From: an uncultured Verrucomicrobiae bacterium
GTDB lineage: Bacteria > Verrucomicrobiota > Verrucomicrobiia > Opitutales > JABDGR01
NCBI GenBank assembly: GCA_963765205.1
Contig: CAVXVB010000009.1
Span: 256,001 to 320,000, forward strand
DNA length: 64,000 nucleotides
Direction of reading: 5' to 3'
Numbering within the stretch: the first letter of the stretch is position 1; every line of letters begins with the position of its first letter. Made by a program: the position numbers and the translations under genes. Positions 30,760 to 40,387 of this stretch are shown in pieces. Below the pieces are notes generated by a model that was not told the DNA's origin, searched no databases, and saw only the letters and a program-made list of their open reading frames with translations.

Positions 30760-31074
30760 ATGATTCGCAAAGCTTTTGTGATGAGCGTCAACCCCGGCGC
30801 GGAAGCCGAATACGAGCGCCGGCACCGGCCCATTTGGGACGAGCTGGCCGCGGTGCTGCGCGCGCACGGCGCGCACAATTACTCGATTTTTCTTCATCCG
30901 CAAACGCGCCAGCTTTTTGCCTACGTCGAGATCGAGGATGAGGCGCGCTGGAACGCCATCGCCCAAACGCCGATTTGTCAAAAATGGTGGAAGCATATGG
31001 GGGGCCTCATGCCTGGCAACCCGGACGGCAGCCCGGTGGCCTTGGGCTTGCCAGAAGTATTTCATTTAGAATAA
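30760..31074 (+). CDS. rhaM: L-rhamnose mutarotase
   Basis: [12 protein letters not shown]....[23 protein letters not shown]. Confidence 0.92.
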   Translation: MIRKAFVMSVNPGAEAEYERRHRPIWDELAAVLRAHGAHNYSIFLHPQTRQLFAYVEIEDEARWNAIAQTPICQKWWKHMGGLMPGNPDGSPVALGLPEVFHLE

Positions 31075-31075
31075 T

Positions 31076-31160
31076 AACCACGGAGAACACGGAGGACACG
31101 GAGGGGGGATTTGTATTTCCCGTTCTTAAGCCCTCTGTGTCCTCCGTGCTCTCCGTGGTT
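31076..31160. repeat. Inverted pair of 9-mer-periodic REP-like repeats (AACCACGGAGAACACGGAGGACACGGAG); single copy at 21882-21908
   Basis: Direct sequence comparison. Confidence 0.75.
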
Positions 31161-31180
31161 CAAACTCTTATTTCCATTCT

Positions 31181-32380
31181 ATGAACAGAAAAACCCTCGA
31201 CCGCGCCGTGCAGGCGCTGAACACCTTCCGCGTCGAAACCCCGAGCTGGGGTTATGCCGACACGGGCACGCGCTTCGGCAAGTTTTTCCAGGAGGCCGCC
31301 GCGATTGACATGAATGACAAACTGGCCGACGCCGGCCAGGTCCACCGCCTGACGGGCTGCTGCCCGACGGTCGCCGTGCACGTGCTGTGGGATTTCAAGA
31401 AGGGCGAAGACCCGAAGGCCGTCGCGCGCCGCGCGCGCAAACACGGCGTGCGCATCGGCGCGATCAACCCGAATCTTTTTCAGGACCAAGGTTATAAATG
31501 GGGCTCGTTCGGCCACTCCGACGCGGCGGTGCGCCGCCACGCGCTGAAGCATTGCGCCGATTCCATCGCCATCGCGCGCGCGGTGGACAGCGAGTATTTG
31601 TCGCTATGGTTTGCCGACGGCACGAATTATCCGGGCCAGGACAGCATCCGCGCGCGCAAGCACCGTTTCGAGGCCGGCCTGCGCGCGTGCCACCAAAAAC
31701 TCGCGCCGGGCATGACCATGCTGGTCGAATACAAGCCGTTTGAGCCGGCGTTCTACCAGACGGACATCGCGGACTGGGGCATGGCCTACATTCTGGCGAA
31801 AAAGGCCGGGCCGCGCGCGCGCGTGTTGGTGGACACGGGGCACCACTACGTGGCGCAGAACATCGAGCAAATCGTCGCCTTCCTGCTCGACGAAAACATG
31901 CTCGGGGGCTTCCACTTCAACGACCGGCGCTACGCGGACGACGATCTGACGCTGGGCTCGATTGACCCGTATCAGGTGTTCCGAATTTTCCACGAAATTC
32001 ATTTCTTCGCCGCCGACCGCGGCACGATGCCGAAAATCGCCTACATGATTGACCAGTGCCACAACGAGAAGCCGAAGATCGAGGCGACGATCCAGACCGT
32101 GGTCATGGCGCAGGAATTGTATGTGAAAGCCGCCCTCGTGGACCATGAGGCCCTGCGTGCGGCGCAGGCGCGCCACGACGTGGTCTCGGCGGAACTGGAA
32201 TTGAAAAAGGCGTTTTTCGCCGACGTGGTGCCCGCGCTGCTGGCCTGGCGCAAGGCGAATGATTTGCCGGCCGACCCGCTGAAGGAGCACCGCCGCAGCG
32301 GCTACGAGCGCCACGCGGCCAAGGATCGTCGCGCTCGGCGGATTGCGCTCGGCATCACGCAGGGCGGAAGTTTTGCGTGA
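31181..32380 (+). CDS. rhaI: L-rhamnose isomerase (RhaI-type, xylose-isomerase TIM barrel)
   Basis: ETPSWGYADTGTRF, INPNLFQ, LWFADGTNYPGQ, EYKPFEP.FY.TD..DWG, GGFHFN...YADDDL. Confidence 0.88.
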   Translation: MNRKTLDRAVQALNTFRVETPSWGYADTGTRFGKFFQEAAAIDMNDKLADAGQVHRLTGCCPTVAVHVLWDFKKGEDPKAVARRARKHGVRIGAINPNLFQDQGYKWGSFGHSDAAVRRHALKHCADSIAIARAVDSEYLSLWFADGTNYPGQDSIRARKHRFEAGLRACHQKLAPGMTMLVEYKPFEPAFYQTDIADWGMAYILAKKAGPRARVLVDTGHHYVAQNIEQIVAFLLDENMLGGFHFNDRRYADDDLTLGSIDPYQVFRIFHEIHFFAADRGTMPKIAYMIDQCHNEKPKIEATIQTVVMAQELYVKAALVDHEALRAAQARHDVVSAELELKKAFFADVVPALLAWRKANDLPADPLKEHRRSGYERHAAKDRRARRIALGITQGGSFA

Positions 32381-33184
32381 ATGGAGTTAATATCTCTTAT
32401 GCAATGGACGACCCCGCCTGCGAACATAATTCCTCGATCAGTACAGACCGGGGTCTGCTGGTGGTGTGGCAACACCGCGAGTTCACGGGAGCATCGAATA
32501 AAACGTTCCGATATTATCCGGGAATTTGGATCCAAAATCGATCCTGATATTCTCGGGATCAATATGGGGATACTATCAGAGACCCTCGTTGGGCCAAACG
32601 CAAAACAGTATAAATTTAAGCCGAGCCTTTGTGCGTCTTGCAATAATGCGCGAAGCCAACCCTTTGATAAAGCGCAAGAGCAATTTGCGAATTATTTTCG
32701 CGATCACGAATTTGAAATCGCACAGGATTTAACTATCCCGACAACGACCATTTTCAATGAAAATCTGGTTGTCACCCTTGATGACCTTCAGCGCTATTTT
32801 GTGAAGCACGTAGGGTGCCGTCTTGTGGCACTTGGCATATCTCCTTCACAAAACCTGCGTGATTATCTTGATAGCAAAGACGCACTTAGAGATTTGTCGT
32901 TTTCCGGATCTATTTGCCGATCAACTTTCGAAATTCTTTCGCATTTGCCACCAGAAAAATCAGGAATGGCTGGGGATGACGATGTAACAGCATTGGAGGA
33001 CGGTCAGGGTAACGTTTTTCAAATGGATAGCGTTTGGATTTATCGCAGCTTTCACCTCCATTGGTCGTACCGTTGGCAATCTCATCAACCTCTAGTAAAT
33101 CCATTTGCAACTGATATGAAGCTGTCAATGGACCCAAGGCCCGCTATTCCCTTTATTATTGCCTCTAAACTCGAAAAACAGTGA
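32381..33184 (+). CDS. AT-rich hypothetical protein with an HNH-like Zn-binding N-terminus
   Basis: CWWCG..SREH.IKRS...LCASCNN. Confidence 0.6.
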   Translation: MELISLMQWTTPPANIIPRSVQTGVCWWCGNTASSREHRIKRSDIIREFGSKIDPDILGINMGILSETLVGPNAKQYKFKPSLCASCNNARSQPFDKAQEQFANYFRDHEFEIAQDLTIPTTTIFNENLVVTLDDLQRYFVKHVGCRLVALGISPSQNLRDYLDSKDALRDLSFSGSICRSTFEILSHLPPEKSGMAGDDDVTALEDGQGNVFQMDSVWIYRSFHLHWSYRWQSHQPLVNPFATDMKLSMDPRPAIPFIIASKLEKQ

Positions 33185-33338
33185 CCCGTCCCGTCGCCGC
33201 GGTTGGCGTCTCGCCGACCGCGTCTTTTCATAAGCCGGAGGTGCGTTATACCTCGCGGATTTTCGAAGATGTCCTCGGCGAGACGCCCGCGCTCCCCGGG
33301 ACTGCCAATCCTCAAGCCAAAACAATTCTGGGTTGGTA

Positions 33339-34313
33339 TCAGCCAGCGCCATCCAGACGCGGCGGGAGTTGGCCGGAGGGGAGGTTCAGGTAGGTGCGTT
33401 CGAGGGACTGGCCGCGGGTGACGGAGGAGATGCGCGCGTTGTGGTCGAGGAGGGCGCGCAGGGCCGCGCCGATGATGTCCTCCGCCTCGCGGCCGGGTTG
33501 GGCGGTGAAACTGATTTTCAGCGTGTGGGTAGCGGCATCCCATTCGACCGTGGAGCCGGGGAGGGCGGCGCGGAGCTGGTCGAGGGGGCGGGGGCCGTCG
33601 GCGAGGGTGATTTGGATTTCGTCGTTGCGGCCGGTCACGTCGGCGATGGCGCCGGACTTCATCAGGCGGCCATGGTCAATGAGGGCGACGTGGTCGCAGA
33701 TGGTTTCGAGTTCGTGGAGGTTATGCGAGCTGACGACGATGGCGCGGGTGCCGCGCTGGCTGGCGATGAATTGGCGGATGTCGTTGGCCTGGCGGGGGTC
33801 GAGGCCGTTGGTCGGCTCGTCGAGCAGGACGAGTTCGGGTTCGCCCAAAAAGGCCTGGCCGATGCCGAGGCGGCGCAACATGCCGTGCGAAAGGGTTTTG
33901 GTGCGGTGCCGGGCACGGTCGGTCAAGTCCACGAGTTGCAGGATGCGGTCCACTTCGCCGCGGATTTTCGCGCGGGAGATGCCTTGGAGGCGGCCGAGGT
34001 AGGTGAGCTGGTCCACGAGCGTCAAATCGCGGCCGAGCGCGGCGTCCTGCGGGAGCGCGGTGACGCGGCCGCGGTGGCGCTTGGCGTTGAAGGGGCCGTC
34101 GCCGAGGAGGCTGACGGTGCCGCGGTCGGGCTTCAAAAATCCGCAGGCGACGGCGAAGGCGGTGGTTTTGCCGGCGCCGTTTTGGCCGATGAGGCCGAAA
34201 ATCGAGCCGCGCGGCACCACCAAGTCGAGGCCGTTGAGGGCGTGGTTGGCGCCGTAACTTTTGCCGACGGCTTGGAGGCGCAGGGCGGGCGCGCTGGAGT
34301 CAGATAGGTTCAC
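33339..34313 (-). CDS. ABC transporter ATP-binding protein
   Basis: GQNGAGKTT, LSHGM..RLGIGQA, LLDEPTNGLDP; GTG start overlapping the permease stop. Confidence 0.88.
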   Translation of the reverse strand: MNLSDSSAPALRLQAVGKSYGANHALNGLDLVVPRGSIFGLIGQNGAGKTTAFAVACGFLKPDRGTVSLLGDGPFNAKRHRGRVTALPQDAALGRDLTLVDQLTYLGRLQGISRAKIRGEVDRILQLVDLTDRARHRTKTLSHGMLRRLGIGQAFLGEPELVLLDEPTNGLDPRQANDIRQFIASQRGTRAIVVSSHNLHELETICDHVALIDHGRLMKSGAIADVTGRNDEIQITLADGPRPLDQLRAALPGSTVEWDAATHTLKISFTAQPGREAEDIIGAALRALLDHNARISSVTRGQSLERTYLNLPSGQLPPRLDGAG

Positions 34314-35296
34314 AGGTCCCTCCGGCGGTAGAAAATTAGCCCGATGCCGGCATAGAGCGCGGCGAGGAAAATGAGCGACGCCATCGCCCAGCCGTAGGTG
34401 CCCGGTTGCACATACCACAAATCGTATTGATGCGAGTAAGGGGTCAGAAAATCAATGACCTTCCAGGCTTGGGCCTGCGCGCCGCCGTTGGGCAGCGAGG
34501 CGAGATAAACCTGCGCGAGATGGTGCGTGATCCACAGGCCGACGAGGCCCATGATCGAAAAAGTGCGCGACGCGACCGGGGAACTCGAATTCATCGAGCA
34601 CAGCCCGGCCAGGCCAAGAAACGCCATGCAGTAGCAGGCCAGGCGCGGCCAGAACAACAAAATCGAAAGCAAGGAGGGGAAAAATTCAAAATCCGACAAT
34701 TTCCACCAGGCGATGGCCATGCACATGCCGCCGGCCAGCAGCGTCAGCAACCAGATTGTCACGGCTTGCCCCAGTACTTTGCCCAACACAAATTCCGCGC
34801 GCCCGGTGCGCAGGCCGACGAAGCGCACGCCGCGCGTCTGAATCTCCTGCGCGATGGATTCGGAGGAGGTGAGCATGATGACGAGCGGCATCACGAAGAA
34901 CGAAATCCAGAAATGAAAAAGCGTGATCGGCGGCTCATACACCAGAAAGTCGAACGTGTCCTTGTCGGGGACGATGCGGCGCAACATTGCGTTAAAGGGC
35001 GAGGTGTCCTGGAGGAGATCGCGTTGGGCCAGGGCGTTGGGGTCGGCGGGTCGGGCGGGGGTGGTGGCTTGGCGGTCGGGCCGGCGGGGGCCGAAGTCGC
35101 CGAACGGCCCGCGATTGCGGCCCATGTTGCTGATGGGCTGGACGTAGGTTAAGGCTTGTGTGAAAAAATAGGAACCGACGGCCGCAACAATCAGGTAGAG
35201 CGCCGCGAACAAAATGGCACGGCGGCTGCGCGTCATGTCGCGCAGTTCAAAGCCGGCGACCAGGAAGCAGTCCCGGAAGAAGGTGGGGCCGAACAT
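34310..35296 (-). CDS. ABC-2 type transporter permease
   Basis: Multi-TM; ESIAQEIQTRGVRF...R.EFVLGK. Confidence 0.8.
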   Translation of the reverse strand: MFGPTFFRDCFLVAGFELRDMTRSRRAILFAALYLIVAAVGSYFFTQALTYVQPISNMGRNRGPFGDFGPRRPDRQATTPARPADPNALAQRDLLQDTSPFNAMLRRIVPDKDTFDFLVYEPPITLFHFWISFFVMPLVIMLTSSESIAQEIQTRGVRFVGLRTGRAEFVLGKVLGQAVTIWLLTLLAGGMCMAIAWWKLSDFEFFPSLLSILLFWPRLACYCMAFLGLAGLCSMNSSSPVASRTFSIMGLVGLWITHHLAQVYLASLPNGGAQAQAWKVIDFLTPYSHQYDLWYVQPGTYGWAMASLIFLAALYAGIGLIFYRRRDL

Positions 35297-35417
35297 AAGG
35301 CTTCCACAATGGCGGCGGGGAAGCGTCGGTCAATGGTCTTTCGTGTAATAGGCGCGTAATTTTTGGTTAGCCTCCGGGCGGAAAGCCGTGCATCCTCGGC
35401 GCGGTTGCTTCTTCGCC

Positions 35418-36155
35418 ATGTCTTTTCGCATTCTCCTCAACGGTTATCAGGGCCGCATGGGCCAGGCCATGCTCGCCGCCGCGCCGGGCGCGGGCGTCGA
35501 GGTCGCGCGTCGGCTGGACGCGGGGGACGCGCTCACCGCCGCCGCCTTCGAAGGCGTGGATGCTGCGGTGGATTTTAGCTCACACGAGGCGACGGCGGCG
35601 CTGGCGAAACTTGCCGCCAAGTGTCATGTTCCGCTCGTCATCGGGACGACGGGCCACACGCCCGCCGAGCGTCAGGCCATCACCGCGCTGGCGAAAAAAA
35701 CCCCGATTGTCTGGGCGGGCAATTATTCCGTCGGCGTGAACCTGCTCAATTTTCTCGCGCAGCGCGCGGCGACGGTGCTGGGGCCGCGTTACAACGTGGA
35801 AATTGTCGAGATGCACCATCGCGACAAAAAGGACGCGCCCAGTGGCACGGCGGAAAAACTGCTCGCCCTCGTGCGGGAAGCGCGCGGCCTCGGCGCGGAG
35901 AGCGTCACGCACGGGCGCCGCGGCCTGGTGGGCGCGCGGCCGGAGGAACAGATTGGCGTCCACTCCCTGCGCGGGGGCGAAGTGGTCGGCGACCACACGG
36001 TGATTTTTGCCGGCGACGGCGAGCGCCTGGAACTGACGCACCGGGCCTCCTCGCGCGCCATTTTCGCGGTCGGCGCGCTGCACGCCGCGCGGTGGGTCAA
36101 GGGCCGGCAGCCGGGGTTGTATGGGATGGAGGACGTGCTGGGGCTGAAAAGCTGA
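35418..36155 (+). CDS. dapB: 4-hydroxy-tetrahydrodipicolinate reductase
   Basis: G..GRMG, VIGTTG, NYSVGVN, EMHHRDKKDAPSGTA. Confidence 0.95.
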   Translation: MSFRILLNGYQGRMGQAMLAAAPGAGVEVARRLDAGDALTAAAFEGVDAAVDFSSHEATAALAKLAAKCHVPLVIGTTGHTPAERQAITALAKKTPIVWAGNYSVGVNLLNFLAQRAATVLGPRYNVEIVEMHHRDKKDAPSGTAEKLLALVREARGLGAESVTHGRRGLVGARPEEQIGVHSLRGGEVVGDHTVIFAGDGERLELTHRASSRAIFAVGALHAARWVKGRQPGLYGMEDVLGLKS

Positions 36156-36166
36156 CGCTTTTCAGG

Positions 36167-36270
36167 AATTATGATTTAAGATTTATGAATTATGAAATGA
36201 AGCCGGAAGCGATTTCACCGACCAGGGTTTGTTTCGTAATTCATAAATCATAATTCTGAATTCATAAATC
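36167..36270. repeat. Inverted heptamer-repeat element (AATTATG / ATTCATA)
   Basis: 7-bp periodic arms in inverted orientation between dapB and ruvA. Confidence 0.65.
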
Positions 36271-36274
36271 TCCC

Positions 36275-36880
36275 ATGATCGTCTCCCTCGAAGGCCTGTT
36301 GGTCGAATGCGCCCCGCTGCGCGCGGTGGTGGAGGCGCACGGCCTGGGCTACGAGGTGAACATCCCGCTGACAACGGCGGAGCGCCTGCCGGCCATCGGC
36401 CAGCGCGTGAAGCTTTACACCGTCGCGGTTTACCGCGAGGATTCGCAGCAGCTCTATGGTTTTGCCGCGCGCGAGGACCGCGATTTTTTCCACCTGCTGG
36501 TTGAAAAAGTGTCGGGCATCGGCCCGAAGACGGCGCTAAATTTACTGAGCCGCCTGTCTGCCGACACGTTGAAGGCGGCCATCGCGCAATCGAATGTCGC
36601 GCTGCTGTCGAAATGCCCCGGCATCGGCAAGAAGACGGCGGAGCGGCTGGTGGTGGAACTGCGCGACAAAGTGCTGGGCGGCGGAATGACGGCGCTGCCT
36701 GCGGAAGCGGCCGCGCCGGCGGGCCAGGACGGCAGCGTGTTCACCGACGCCGTGGGCGCGCTGATGGCGCTGGGCTACAACGCCCCCGACGCAGACAAAG
36801 CCGCGCGCCGCGCGCTTTCGATCCTTGGCGCGAAGGCCACCTCGGAGGCGCTGGTCAAAAAAGCGCTGGTGCAGGGCTAA
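36275..36880 (+). CDS. ruvA: Holliday junction branch migration protein
   Basis: GLGYEV, REDSQQLYGF, VSGIGPKTA, PGIGKKTAERLVVELRDK. Confidence 0.96.
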   Translation: MIVSLEGLLVECAPLRAVVEAHGLGYEVNIPLTTAERLPAIGQRVKLYTVAVYREDSQQLYGFAAREDRDFFHLLVEKVSGIGPKTALNLLSRLSADTLKAAIAQSNVALLSKCPGIGKKTAERLVVELRDKVLGGGMTALPAEAAAPAGQDGSVFTDAVGALMALGYNAPDADKAARRALSILGAKATSEALVKKALVQG

Positions 36881-38802
36881 GGATTTTTTGCGGGCACCGA
36901 ACTTGCACCGGGATTTTGTTTTAACTGATTCACTAAATCGCGCAGGGCGGTGCTGTCGGGGCGCAGTTGGAGGGCGGCTTCATATTCGCGCAGGGCGTCG
37001 GCGGGGCGGTTGAGCTTGGCGTAGGTTTGCGCGAGGCTGTAGTGGGCTTCGGCGTAGTCGGGCTTCAGCGCGACGGCTAGCTGGAGGTCGGGCAGGGCCT
37101 GGTCGTAGTGGCCTTCGACGGCGAGGATATAGCCGAGGTCGTAGCGGATTTCGGCGGAGTCGCGGCCGAGGCGCAGGGCGGTGGCGAATTGTTCCTGCGC
37201 GTCCGCGATGCGTCCGCTGGTGAACATGATGTAGCCCAGGTTGGCGTGGGCGGCCACGTAATCGGGCTTGAGGTCTACGGCTTCCTGAAATTCAGCGTAG
37301 GCGTAATTATCCAAGCCGGCTTGCTTCATGATGAGGCCGAGTTGGAAATGGGCGACCGCATCGTTGGGATGGGCCTCAATTATTTTCCGTTGAATTTGCG
37401 CGGCGGCGTCGAAGTGCGCTTGCGCGTCCTCGCGACGGCCGACTTGTTGGGCGGCTTGCGCGAGCGTGAGGTGGGCGACCCAGGCGTCGGGGTTGGCTTG
37501 GACGGCGCGGGTAAAGAGCGCGTCGTCGTCGTGAAACACGCGGTCGTAACTGTGCGCCGACCAGGCGAGCGTGACGATGAGCGCCGCGCCCGTGCCCGCC
37601 AGCGTTTTCCGAAAAACCGGCCAGCGCGTCCAGGCCACGCTCGCCGCCGCCGCCGCCAATCCGACGATGCCGAGCAGCGGGAGATATGCGAAATGATCCG
37701 CCGTCCAGGTGATCCACATATAGGCCATCGTCACAAAGCCGAGGACGGGCACGAGGTTGAGCAGAAAAAAGCCGAGGCCGAGCAGGGCGGGGCGGCCCCA
37801 GGTGGCGCGCTTCATCCATAGCCAAACCAACAGCGCCGCGAGAGCCGGCCAGGGCAAAAATTGCGCGAGCGCGGGCGGTTCGACGGCCCAGCGCGGGTTC
37901 ATTGGCATCAGATTCACCGGTGCCACGCACTTGAATAAATAATAGGCAATGGCGAGGCCCGCGCGCGCGACGCGCGTGGCAAAACTGCCCGCGGGCACAT
38001 ATTCGTCGCCGATGCCGTGGTGGGCTTGAAACCAGACCGTAATCAAACCCAGCACAAATGCGGCGGCAAAAAAGGGCGCGGTCGCGTAAACGCTCTCACG
38101 CTCCAGCCGCCCGCGCTTCCGCCAGGCAAAAAGCAGGAGCACAAACGGCAGCATGACCACCGAGCTTTTGCTGAGCATCGCGGCGACAAAGAGGAGCCAG
38201 GACACGAGATATAACCGGCGGCGCGCGCGGCGGGCTGCGTTGGCGGACTGCGCGCGGGAAGTGCCGGCGTCGGAATCCGTCCACGCTACATATGCGACCA
38301 GCGACAGCAGGGCTAGAAACTGGGACAATGTATTTTTTAGCTCCGAGGCCTGCGCGACTGATTCGACCGCCAGCGGATGGACGACCCAGAGCAGCCCGCC
38401 GCACCAGGCCTGGCGCACGCCGAGTTGCGCCAGCAGCCGCCAGAGCAGCAGCCCGCAGCCGATGTGCAAAAGGACGTTGACGACGTGAAACGCGAACGGC
38501 TGGTTGCCAAAAACCTGCCACAGCGCCCAGTCCACGGTCGTCAACAACGGAAAGAAATCCACCTGCGAGGGCGCGAGCCAGATTTTCCACCAACCCGCCG
38601 GGTCCTGCACGGTCGCGTTGTTGCTGATCAGCAGCGTGTCGTCCCACACCCAGGTGCCGTGCAGGGCCGGGGCGTAAATCCAAAAGCCGAGCAGCACCAT
38701 CGCCGCGGCGGCAGCCAGCGCGGGGAACCTCTCCATGCGAGACACGGACGCGGGCCGAGCCGCTCCGGCGGGGAAAGTGGCACCTGGTTTCCCCTTTTTC
38801 AT
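36877..38802 (-). CDS. TMTC-like membrane glycosyltransferase with C-terminal TPRs
   Basis: WVWDD, FHVVNVLLH, HPLAVESVA, LSKS, ADHFAYLP, then TPR repeats. Confidence 0.8.
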   Translation of the reverse strand: MKKGKPGATFPAGAARPASVSRMERFPALAAAAAMVLLGFWIYAPALHGTWVWDDTLLISNNATVQDPAGWWKIWLAPSQVDFFPLLTTVDWALWQVFGNQPFAFHVVNVLLHIGCGLLLWRLLAQLGVRQAWCGGLLWVVHPLAVESVAQASELKNTLSQFLALLSLVAYVAWTDSDAGTSRAQSANAARRARRRLYLVSWLLFVAAMLSKSSVVMLPFVLLLFAWRKRGRLERESVYATAPFFAAAFVLGLITVWFQAHHGIGDEYVPAGSFATRVARAGLAIAYYLFKCVAPVNLMPMNPRWAVEPPALAQFLPWPALAALLVWLWMKRATWGRPALLGLGFFLLNLVPVLGFVTMAYMWITWTADHFAYLPLLGIVGLAAAAASVAWTRWPVFRKTLAGTGAALIVTLAWSAHSYDRVFHDDDALFTRAVQANPDAWVAHLTLAQAAQQVGRREDAQAHFDAAAQIQRKIIEAHPNDAVAHFQLGLIMKQAGLDNYAYAEFQEAVDLKPDYVAAHANLGYIMFTSGRIADAQEQFATALRLGRDSAEIRYDLGYILAVEGHYDQALPDLQLAVALKPDYAEAHYSLAQTYAKLNRPADALREYEAALQLRPDSTALRDLVNQLKQNPGASSVPAKNP

Positions 38803-38863
38803 TGGGTCGTGGTTATTCTTCGCACCGCAATGGGAGTTTGCCGGAAGCGCCGCCGCCCGAATT

Positions 38864-40147
38864 TCAGACCACCGTTCCGTTGGGGACGAGGCCGTTTTTG
38901 GCGACGATGATGACGCCGTCGCGGACGAAGAGGTCGCCTTGCTGCCATTGGTCGGGCTTGCCGTCGGGGGAGAGGTGGACGTTATCGCCGATGCGGGCGT
39001 TTTTATCAATGATGGCGTTTTTGATGACGCAATGTTTGCCAACGCCGATGTCGGGCTGGCCGGCCTTGCGGCTACGCACGCGGTCGGCCTCGGTCTCATA
39101 CTGGTCGGCGCCCATCATGACGACGCGCTCGAAGCTGGTACCTTCGCCGATATAGGAGCGCACGCCGATGATGGCGTGGTTGATTTTTGCGGAATGGAGC
39201 GTGCTGCCGGCGGCGACGACAGCGCGGTCGAGGACGGCATTGGTGAATTTGGGCGGGGGCAGGTAATTAAGATGCGTGAAAATCGGGTGGTTGTGGTTGT
39301 ATAAGTCGAAGGGCGGATTTTCGGTGGCGAGGAGCAGATTCGCCTCGAAGAATGCGCCGACGGTGCCGATGTCCTCCCAGTAATCGTCAAAGACAAAACT
39401 GAAGAGTTTCTTTCTCCCGAGCAGGCCGGGGATGATTTCCTTGCCGAAGTCGAGGGCGTGGCCGTCCATGGCCTCCTTGATGACTCGGCCGGTGAAGACA
39501 TATATACCCATCGAGGCCAGGCAGTATTCGCGGCCGGGCTGGGCGTGCTTGATGCGGGCGCGCACGGTGGCGCCCACGACCAGGCTGTCCACGATGATGG
39601 GGTCCTTGGGTTTTTCGGCAAACTGGGTGATGGTCAGGTCCTCGGCCACGCGCATGACGCCGAGGCCGTGGACTTCCTCCTTCGGCATGGCTTTGGCGGC
39701 GATCGTGATGTCGGCGCCGGTGGCGCGGTGCTGGGCGATGATTTCGCGGAAGTCCATCCGGTAAAGCTGGTCGCCGGAGAGGATGAGGAACAGATCGTCG
39801 TCCGCGCCGCGGAAGTGGTGCATGTTTTGGCGGACGGCGTCGGCGGTGCCTTGATACCATTGTTCGCTGGCGTGGGTCTGCTCGGCGGAGAGGATGTCCA
39901 CAAAGCCGTTGTCAAAGGGGTCGAACTGGTAGGCGGACTGGATGTGGCGGTGGAGCGAAGCGGTGTTGAACTGCGTGAGCAGGTAAATCTGGTTGTAGCC
40001 GGAATGGATGCAGTTGCTGATGGGGATGTCCACCAGGCGGTATTTGCCGCCGAGGGGCACGGCGGGCTTGCAGCGGTCCTTGGTCAGGGGATGGAGGCGG
40101 CTGCCGCGGCCACCGCCCATGATGATGGAAATTACGCGGGAGGTCAT
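38864..40147 (-). CDS. glgC: Glucose-1-phosphate adenylyltransferase
   Basis: GGGRGSRLHPLT..RCKPAVP.GGKYRL, WYQGTADAV, FAEKP, SMGIY, DFGKEIIP. Confidence 0.96.
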   Translation of the reverse strand: MTSRVISIIMGGGRGSRLHPLTKDRCKPAVPLGGKYRLVDIPISNCIHSGYNQIYLLTQFNTASLHRHIQSAYQFDPFDNGFVDILSAEQTHASEQWYQGTADAVRQNMHHFRGADDDLFLILSGDQLYRMDFREIIAQHRATGADITIAAKAMPKEEVHGLGVMRVAEDLTITQFAEKPKDPIIVDSLVVGATVRARIKHAQPGREYCLASMGIYVFTGRVIKEAMDGHALDFGKEIIPGLLGRKKLFSFVFDDYWEDIGTVGAFFEANLLLATENPPFDLYNHNHPIFTHLNYLPPPKFTNAVLDRAVVAAGSTLHSAKINHAIIGVRSYIGEGTSFERVVMMGADQYETEADRVRSRKAGQPDIGVGKHCVIKNAIIDKNARIGDNVHLSPDGKPDQWQQGDLFVRDGVIIVAKNGLVPNGTVV

Positions 40148-40387
40148 AAAAGCGAAATAAGAATTATGAATTAAGAATTAAGAAATAAAAATCAAAAAAG
40201 AAGGAAGAAAAAAGAAAAGGAGTGAAAAAAATCCGGGCGGGAAAAAATTGCGGAACAAAGGGGGCGGACGAGTGACTAACGGACGACCAACCCAGACACG
40301 AAGGGCAGCGGGCTGGTGCGCGGGGGTGGGGTGGGGCGCATCGGGCCTTGCGTAAGCCTGTGGTTTTGCGTTAGCTTGGCAATTCTT

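Noticed and set aside
40150..40387. Possible glmS ribozyme upstream of glmS
   Set aside because: No recognisable AGCGCC core in the right arrangement, and a candidate -10 (TAGCTT) lies only 10 nt from the ATG; an Rfam scan would settle it
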